NCBI GenBank assembly: GCA_964614915.1
Contig: CAZTNC010000019.1
Span: forward strand, 2,091-66,090
Direction of reading: 5' to 3'
DNA from: an uncultured Thiotrichales bacterium
GTDB taxonomy: Bacteria > Pseudomonadota > Gammaproteobacteria > UBA4575
Length of the DNA stretch: 64,000 bases
Part shown: positions 58,843-64,000 of the stretch, in pieces
How positions within the stretch are numbered: position 1 is the first letter of the stretch
How the letters are laid out: each line of letters begins with the position of its first letter
The notes under the pieces: generated by a model
Databases searched by the model: none
Told to the model about the DNA's origin: nothing
The model's input: the letters and a program-made list of their open reading frames with translations, nothing else
Translations under genes and position numbers: made by a program

Positions 58843-60600
58843 ATGACAACAACGAATGATGCCCTCGCAAAGTGGGTAGACGAGGTGGCAGCACGAACCC
58901 GGCCGGACGAGATCGTCTGGTGTGACGGCAGTGACGCCGAGTTCGACAGGATGGTAGACCAGATGCTTGAAAGCGGCACGCTGATGAGACTGAACGAGGA
59001 GACGCATCCCAACTGCTATCTGCACCGTTCAGACCCCTCTGACGTGGCACGTGTGGAGCATCTTACCTACGTCTGCACCCGGGACGAGGAAGATGCTGGC
59101 CCCAACAACCACTGGATGGACCCGGATGAGGCGCACACCATGGTGGACGGCCTGTTTGAAGGCTGCATGGAAGGCCGGACCATGTACGTCATCCCCTATT
59201 GCATGGGACCGATCGACTCCCCCCTGTCCCGAAACGGGGTGGAAATTACTGACAGCCCGTACGTAGTGGCCAATATGAAGATCATGGCGCGTATCGGGAC
59301 CCCGGCACTGGAACGGATTGAACGGGACGGAACATTCGTCAGGGGGCTGCATTCCATTGGCGACCTGGATCCAGAGAAACGTTTCATCCTGCACTTCCCT
59401 GAAGAGTTGTATATCAAGAGCATCGGCTCGGGCTACGGCGGCAATGCGCTGCTGGGCAAGAAGTGCCATGCATTGCGTATCGCGAGCTGGCAGGCCCGCA
59501 CGGAAGGCTGGCTGGCCGAGCACATGCTGATTGTCGGGCTGGAAAGCCCGCAGGGTGAGACCCACTATATTGCATGTGCCTTCCCGTCCGCGTGCGGGAA
59601 AACCAATCTCGCCATGCTGATTCCGCCGGAACAGTACAAGGGATGGAAAGTGACCACGGTGGGAGATGACATCTGCTGGATGCATTTGCGTGACGACGGG
59701 CGGCTTTGGGCGATCAATCCCGAATCCGGTTATTTCGGAGTCGTGCCTGGCACCAACGAGTGGTCCAACAAAAACGCGTACGACACCCTGAAAAGTGATG
59801 CGATCTTTACAAACGTCGGGGTCACGGCCAACAACGAACCCTGGTGGGAAGAAAAGGATGACGGCAAGGAGCCGGTGCTGGACTGGAAAGGCAACCCGTA
59901 TGATGCCGAGGTGGGTCCTGCAGCCCACCCCAACTCACGGTTTACCGTATCCGCAAAGAACAATCCCGTCTACTCTCCCATGGCGGACCACCCGGATGGC
60001 GTACCGATTTCAGCCGTGGTATTCGGCGGACGCCGCAAAGACGTGGCGCCGCTGGTATACGAAGCGAAGGACTGGGATCATGGGGTGCTGGTCGGTGCTT
60101 CCTGCGCCTCGGAGATGACGGCTGCCGCGATTGGCGGGGCAGGACAGACCCGGCGTGATCCCATGGCCATGAAGCCATTCTGCGGGTATAACTTTGGAGA
60201 TTACTTTGCACACTGGCTCAGCTTCGGGGGCAAATCAGACAAGTTGCCCAAGATCTTCTGTGTAAACTGGTTCCGACGTGATCAGGACGGCAAGTTCCTG
60301 TGGCCGGGCTTTGGGGAAAACATGAGGGTCCTGGCCTGGATTGTGGAACGCTGCCAAGGCCAGCGTGATGCCCGGGAGACCCCGATCGGGTTCTTGCCCA
60401 AGGTCGAGGATATCGATATCGATGGTATCGATGTCTCCAGTGAGACGATGCAGGCATTGTTGTCGGTGGATCCGGAGTTGTGGAAACAGGAAACGGTGGC
60501 TATCAGTGAATACTTCGCCGAGTTTGGCGACCGTATACCACAGACCCTGATGACCGAGCTGGACAAGATAACCTCTGCCTTGCAGAGCAAGGCTGCCTGA
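58843..60600 (+). CDS. pckG: Phosphoenolpyruvate carboxykinase (GTP)
   Basis: 'SDVARVE', 'GSGYGGNALLGKKC', 'FPSACGKTNLAM', 'VGDDICW', 'AHPNSRF', 'VNWFR'. Confidence 0.97.
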   Translation: MTTTNDALAKWVDEVAARTRPDEIVWCDGSDAEFDRMVDQMLESGTLMRLNEETHPNCYLHRSDPSDVARVEHLTYVCTRDEEDAGPNNHWMDPDEAHTMVDGLFEGCMEGRTMYVIPYCMGPIDSPLSRNGVEITDSPYVVANMKIMARIGTPALERIERDGTFVRGLHSIGDLDPEKRFILHFPEELYIKSIGSGYGGNALLGKKCHALRIASWQARTEGWLAEHMLIVGLESPQGETHYIACAFPSACGKTNLAMLIPPEQYKGWKVTTVGDDICWMHLRDDGRLWAINPESGYFGVVPGTNEWSNKNAYDTLKSDAIFTNVGVTANNEPWWEEKDDGKEPVLDWKGNPYDAEVGPAAHPNSRFTVSAKNNPVYSPMADHPDGVPISAVVFGGRRKDVAPLVYEAKDWDHGVLVGASCASEMTAAAIGGAGQTRRDPMAMKPFCGYNFGDYFAHWLSFGGKSDKLPKIFCVNWFRRDQDGKFLWPGFGENMRVLAWIVERCQGQRDARETPIGFLPKVEDIDIDGIDVSSETMQALLSVDPELWKQETVAISEYFAEFGDRIPQTLMTELDKITSALQSKAA

Positions 60601-60620
60601 CGCAAATCACTTGTGTATCG

Positions 60621-60655
60621 AGCCCCATGACAGGATGTTCATGGGGCTTTCTTCT
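60621..60655 (+). terminator. Intrinsic terminator after pckG
   Basis: AGCCCCATGA...TCATGGGGCT stem followed by TTCTTCT. Confidence 0.7.
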
Positions 60656-60693
60656 GTGCCCTGGCTGCGTGCTGTCTACCGACCCTGTATCGG

Positions 60694-61206
60694 ATGACTT
60701 CACGCCGCACGTATCCTCTTGAGAAAATCATTTCAGGCGGTCAGACCGGTGTCGATCGGGCTGCGCTGGATGCCGCACTGCATCACCGGTTCCCATGTGG
60801 TGGCTACTGTCCGAAAGGCCGCAAGGCTGAGGATGGGGTCATACACGACCGCTATCCGCTCACAGAACACGCCAGTGCGGATTATGCAAAACGCACGCTT
60901 GCCAACATCGTTCACAGTCACGGCACATTGATCATCTACGCACAGACAATGAAAGGCGGCACAGCCCTCACGGCGGACTATTGCAGCCAATGTGAAAGGC
61001 CCTTTTTTCTGGTCGATGCCCACCGCCAAGACAGTGTGCAGGCCGCTGGTCTGGCTTTGGAATTTTTCCGCAAATTTGATGTCAGATGTCTGAACGTCGC
61101 GGGTCCCCGTCACAGCCAGTGGGATGCAGGCTACCGCTATACGTACCGTTGCATGGACCATATCCTCAAGACGTGCATGCAACCAAACGGGCGTCTTTCA
61201 AGTTAG
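60694..61206 (+). CDS. Putative molybdenum carrier / YpsA SLOG-family protein
   Basis: 'KIISGGQTGVDRAALDAA', 'GGYCPKGRKAEDG', 'GGTALT', 'LNVAGPR'. Confidence 0.88.
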   Translation: MTSRRTYPLEKIISGGQTGVDRAALDAALHHRFPCGGYCPKGRKAEDGVIHDRYPLTEHASADYAKRTLANIVHSHGTLIIYAQTMKGGTALTADYCSQCERPFFLVDAHRQDSVQAAGLALEFFRKFDVRCLNVAGPRHSQWDAGYRYTYRCMDHILKTCMQPNGRLSS

Positions 61207-61246
61207 ACCCGGACTAGGATTCTGCTACACTAACCGCACACACCCA

Positions 61247-61969
61247 ATGCCAGAGGACAGCATGCTAAGACACACCCTGATTCGCCTGATTTTCGCAGGT
61301 TTGTTTTCCATTCTCAGCTTGCAGAACGCACATGCCAGGGACATCGACACCGTGGCACTGGTGGATGCCGCTGCAACCTCGGTGGAAACGTTTTCCATTG
61401 ATCCGGACATGGAGTGGTTGCGTCACAACATGCACAAGGCTCGGGGCATTCTGATTGTTCCCCAGTTGATCAAGGGCGGGTTCTTCTTTGGCGGGTCAGG
61501 AGGCAGCGGCGTGCTGCTTACCAAAGGAGAGGACAATATCTGGAGCTATCCCGCGTTTTACACGATGGGTTCCGGCACCATCGGGTTCCAGATGGGGGTT
61601 GAGGTCGCAGAACTGATCCTGATCATCATGACGGATCGGGGCGTGGACGGACTGCTCACCTCTTCATTCAAGCTGGGAGGCGACATCAGCATTGCAACCG
61701 GGCCCATTGGCGCTGGTGCAAAAGCCCAGTCCGTGGATATCAAGGGCAAGTCTGCCGATATCCTGGCATTCTCAAGGACGAAGGGGTTTTACGGTGGTGT
61801 GAGTGCGGAAGGTGCGGTGCTCAAGGTTCGCGAGGATCTCAACCATGCCTATTATGGCGACGACACCAAGAGTCCCCGCGCCATACTCATCGAGCACACT
61901 GTCAGTAACCCACATGCCGATTCGCTGCGCTTAGCCGTCGCCCGGCTTGCAGAAATAAGCGGCCCGTAA
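61247..61969 (+). CDS. Lipid-binding SYLF (Ysc84) domain protein
   Basis: Signal peptide, 'GFFFGGSGGSG', 'GFQMGVE', 'ATGPIGAG', 'FSRTKGFYGGVS.EG'. Confidence 0.88.
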   Translation: MPEDSMLRHTLIRLIFAGLFSILSLQNAHARDIDTVALVDAAATSVETFSIDPDMEWLRHNMHKARGILIVPQLIKGGFFFGGSGGSGVLLTKGEDNIWSYPAFYTMGSGTIGFQMGVEVAELILIIMTDRGVDGLLTSSFKLGGDISIATGPIGAGAKAQSVDIKGKSADILAFSRTKGFYGGVSAEGAVLKVREDLNHAYYGDDTKSPRAILIEHTVSNPHADSLRLAVARLAEISGP

Positions 61970-62077
61970 ACCTGGTCGGGGTCCAAGCGGATGACCCCAC
62001 AGTTTGATACTTTGATTCCCGTCTCACCCGGCAATATCAGGCTTTCCTGACTCAAGAAACGCCACTCTGTAAGGCTT

Positions 62078-62557
62078 CTAGGGTGAATCCAGTTGTTCAG
62101 CCTCGGTGCGCTTTGCCTGCACCTTGCGCATACGTTCCGACCAGGTCGATTTGATGAATGCCAGGATATCCCAGATCTCCTGGTCGCTCAGCACCTGGCC
62201 GAACCCCGGCATGCCACTTTTAATGCCCTTGAGTCCCCGCGCGACGAATGTCGCCTCACCGCCATACTTGGTGTAGGCAAACAGCAGTCCGTCCCCATGA
62301 TGCCAGGTATGGCCTGTTTCATCATGAGGAGGGGCCGGGAACACCCCTTCTGCAGCCTGTTTGCGCCAGTCCTGCTGACCCTCCAAGCGTGCCCCATGGC
62401 AGGATGCGCAATGTTGTGCATACAGAATCTCGCCAGTTCTGATGTCCACGACTTCCGGCTGTACCGTCTCCCCCGGAGATGCGGCCAAAAGGTTACTGAT
62501 TCCGAATGCAAGAGCAGTTAAAACTACACCCCTGGCGAGCAGGATAGCTGGTTTCAT
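62078..62557 (-). CDS. c-type cytochrome
   Basis: Signal peptide, CXXCH 'CASCH', 'PAPPHDETGHTWHH', 'MPGF'. Confidence 0.9.
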   Translation of the reverse strand: MKPAILLARGVVLTALAFGISNLLAASPGETVQPEVVDIRTGEILYAQHCASCHGARLEGQQDWRKQAAEGVFPAPPHDETGHTWHHGDGLLFAYTKYGGEATFVARGLKGIKSGMPGFGQVLSDQEIWDILAFIKSTWSERMRKVQAKRTEAEQLDSP

Positions 62558-62653
62558 GCCTGCATCCCGGTCCGCACCTTCATGCCCGAATCCTGATGGC
62601 GTAACGTGTGGCAGCGAAATGGCATGTAACCAAGGCAGTTTCTGCAGGCCTTG

Positions 62654-64000
62654 TCAGCCCGGTGAAGCAGCTCGCACGAGCGGTTCTCCCCGTTCATCGA
62701 AGTACTTCCTTGTGACCCGGAACACCATCGGTGCAAGCAGCAGCAGCCCGATGAGGTTCGGCACCGCCATCAGCCCGTTAAGGGTGTCCGACAGGTTCCA
62801 GACGAAATCCACCTTCACGTTCGCGAAGGACAGTGCTGCCAGCACCCACAGCGCGCGATAGATCACGAGGCTTCGCTCGCTGAACAGGTACTGCCAGCAG
62901 CGCTCGCCGTAGTAGCTCCACCCGAGGATAGTGGTGAAAGCGAACACCGCAAGGGCGATCGTGACAATGTACTGGCCCCCGGCGATCGACTCCTGGAAGC
63001 CGGTCGATGTGAGCACCGCCCCGGTCAGCCCGCCGCCGTCAGCGCCGGTCATGGTCCAGGCACCGGAGGTGAGAATGACCAGTGCGGTCATGGTGCAGAC
63101 GATGAGCGTGTCGATGAACGTGCCGAGCATGGCGATGATGCCCTGCCGGACCGGGCTGTTGGTCTGCGCGGCCGCGTGGGCGATGGCCGCTGATCCAAGG
63201 CCGGACTCGTTCGAGAACACGCCGCGGGCCACCCCGAATCGGATGGCTGCGGCTACGGCTGCTCCGGCGAACCCGCCCGTTGCTGCAGCAGGCGTGAAGG
63301 CGTAGGTGAAGATGAGCCCGATCGCTTCGGGGACTTTGGTGATGTTGATGGCAATGATGAGCAGCGCCGCCCCGAGGTACAGCACGATCATGGCGGGTAC
63401 CAGTTTCCCGGCGACTTCACCGATCCTGCGGATACCCCCGATGATGACCACGCCGACGAGTCCAGCAACGACGACTCCGGTCACCCACTGGGGCACGCTG
63501 AAACTGTTCCCAAGTGCCACGGCCATCGAGTTCACCTGAACCGCGTTGCCGATGCCGAACGCAGCGACCGCGCCGAAGATGGCAAATGCAAGCCCAAGGT
63601 ACTTGCCGAGTTCCGGAGCAAATTCCCCGACGCCGTTGCTCAGGTAGTACATCGGGCCGCCGACATACTTGCCGTTGGCGTCGACTTCCCGGTAGGTGAC
63701 CGCGCAGACGGCTTCCGCGTATTTCGTCGCCATCCCGAACAAGGCGATGAGCCACATGTAGAAGATGGCCCCGGGGCCGCCGAGGGCAATCGCGGTCGCC
63801 ACGCCGGCGATGTTACCGGTTCCCACCGTGGCGGACAGCGCGGTCATCAGTGCGTTGAAAGGCTTGACTTCACCTTCGCCCGTCACCTGGTCCTTGTCGA
63901 ACAACAGCCGGAACCCGTAACCAACCTTGCGCCACGGCATGAACACGAGCCCAAGCGTCAGCAACAACCCGGTCACTCCGAGAATGCCCAGCATGGGCGG
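62654..64000 (-). CDS. Alanine/glycine:cation symporter (AGCS family), 5' end outside the window
   Basis: 'LSATVGTGNIAGVATA', 'GGPGAIFYMW', 'GGPMYY', 'RGVFSNESGLGSA', 'LGTFIDT'. Confidence 0.93.
   Translation of the reverse strand, partial: PPMLGILGVTGLLLTLGLVFMPWRKVGYGFRLLFDKDQVTGEGEVKPFNALMTALSATVGTGNIAGVATAIALGGPGAIFYMWLIALFGMATKYAEAVCAVTYREVDANGKYVGGPMYYLSNGVGEFAPELGKYLGLAFAIFGAVAAFGIGNAVQVNSMAVALGNSFSVPQWVTGVVVAGLVGVVIIGGIRRIGEVAGKLVPAMIVLYLGAALLIIAINITKVPEAIGLIFTYAFTPAAATGGFAGAAVAAAIRFGVARGVFSNESGLGSAAIAHAAAQTNSPVRQGIIAMLGTFIDTLIVCTMTALVILTSGAWTMTGADGGGLTGAVLTSTGFQESIAGGQYIVTIALAVFAFTTILGWSYYGERCWQYLFSERSLVIYRALWVLAALSFANVKVDFVWNLSDTLNGLMAVPNLIGLLLLAPMVFRVTRKYFDERGEPLVRAASPG

Noticed and set aside
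58843-60600. GTP-dependent PEP carboxykinase as evidence of unusual horizontal transfer
   Set aside because: This form is known in various proteobacteria, composition is host-like and there are no mobility signals.

Overview
A 64 kb window from a GC-rich gammaproteobacterial chromosome. About 1-6742 is the right-hand end of an island integrated at tRNA-Asn; only a 3'-half tRNA copy (att site) is present, at 6697-6742. The island carries an RHH-YfbU gene, a frameshifted DUF433 antitoxin and an orphan type II-C Cas9 locus with no cas1, cas2 or array. This Cas9 has Ser at the RuvC-I catalytic Asp position, an intact-looking HNH site and a frameshift in a G10 tract. It is flanked by a predicted tracrRNA upstream and a single repeat-spacer unit with its own predicted promoter and terminator downstream. 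About 6750-10600 is further accessory DNA, mostly AT-rich. About 10620-64000 is mainly core genome: lapB-ihfB-rpsA-cmk-aroA-tyrA-pheA, an interposed ABC/gabD/ligase-decarboxylase-ACP block, then serC-gyrA-mtnA, mtaD-ubiG-gph-rmuC, rluB-scpB-scpA-trpS, folE, argG, rnt, grxD, argD-argF, egtD, nadC, mazG and pckG. The main surprise in the core region is a catalytically intact TnpB gene (43907-45109) bracketed by perfect 15-bp terminal inverted repeats and an 8-bp target-site duplication. That is an IS1595/ISNwi-like DDE signature rather than IS200/IS605 ends. Its predicted omega-RNA guide would be the inverted repeat itself, matching 13 nt over its own promoter. All calls are by eye from the sequence and the ORF track; no database searches were run.
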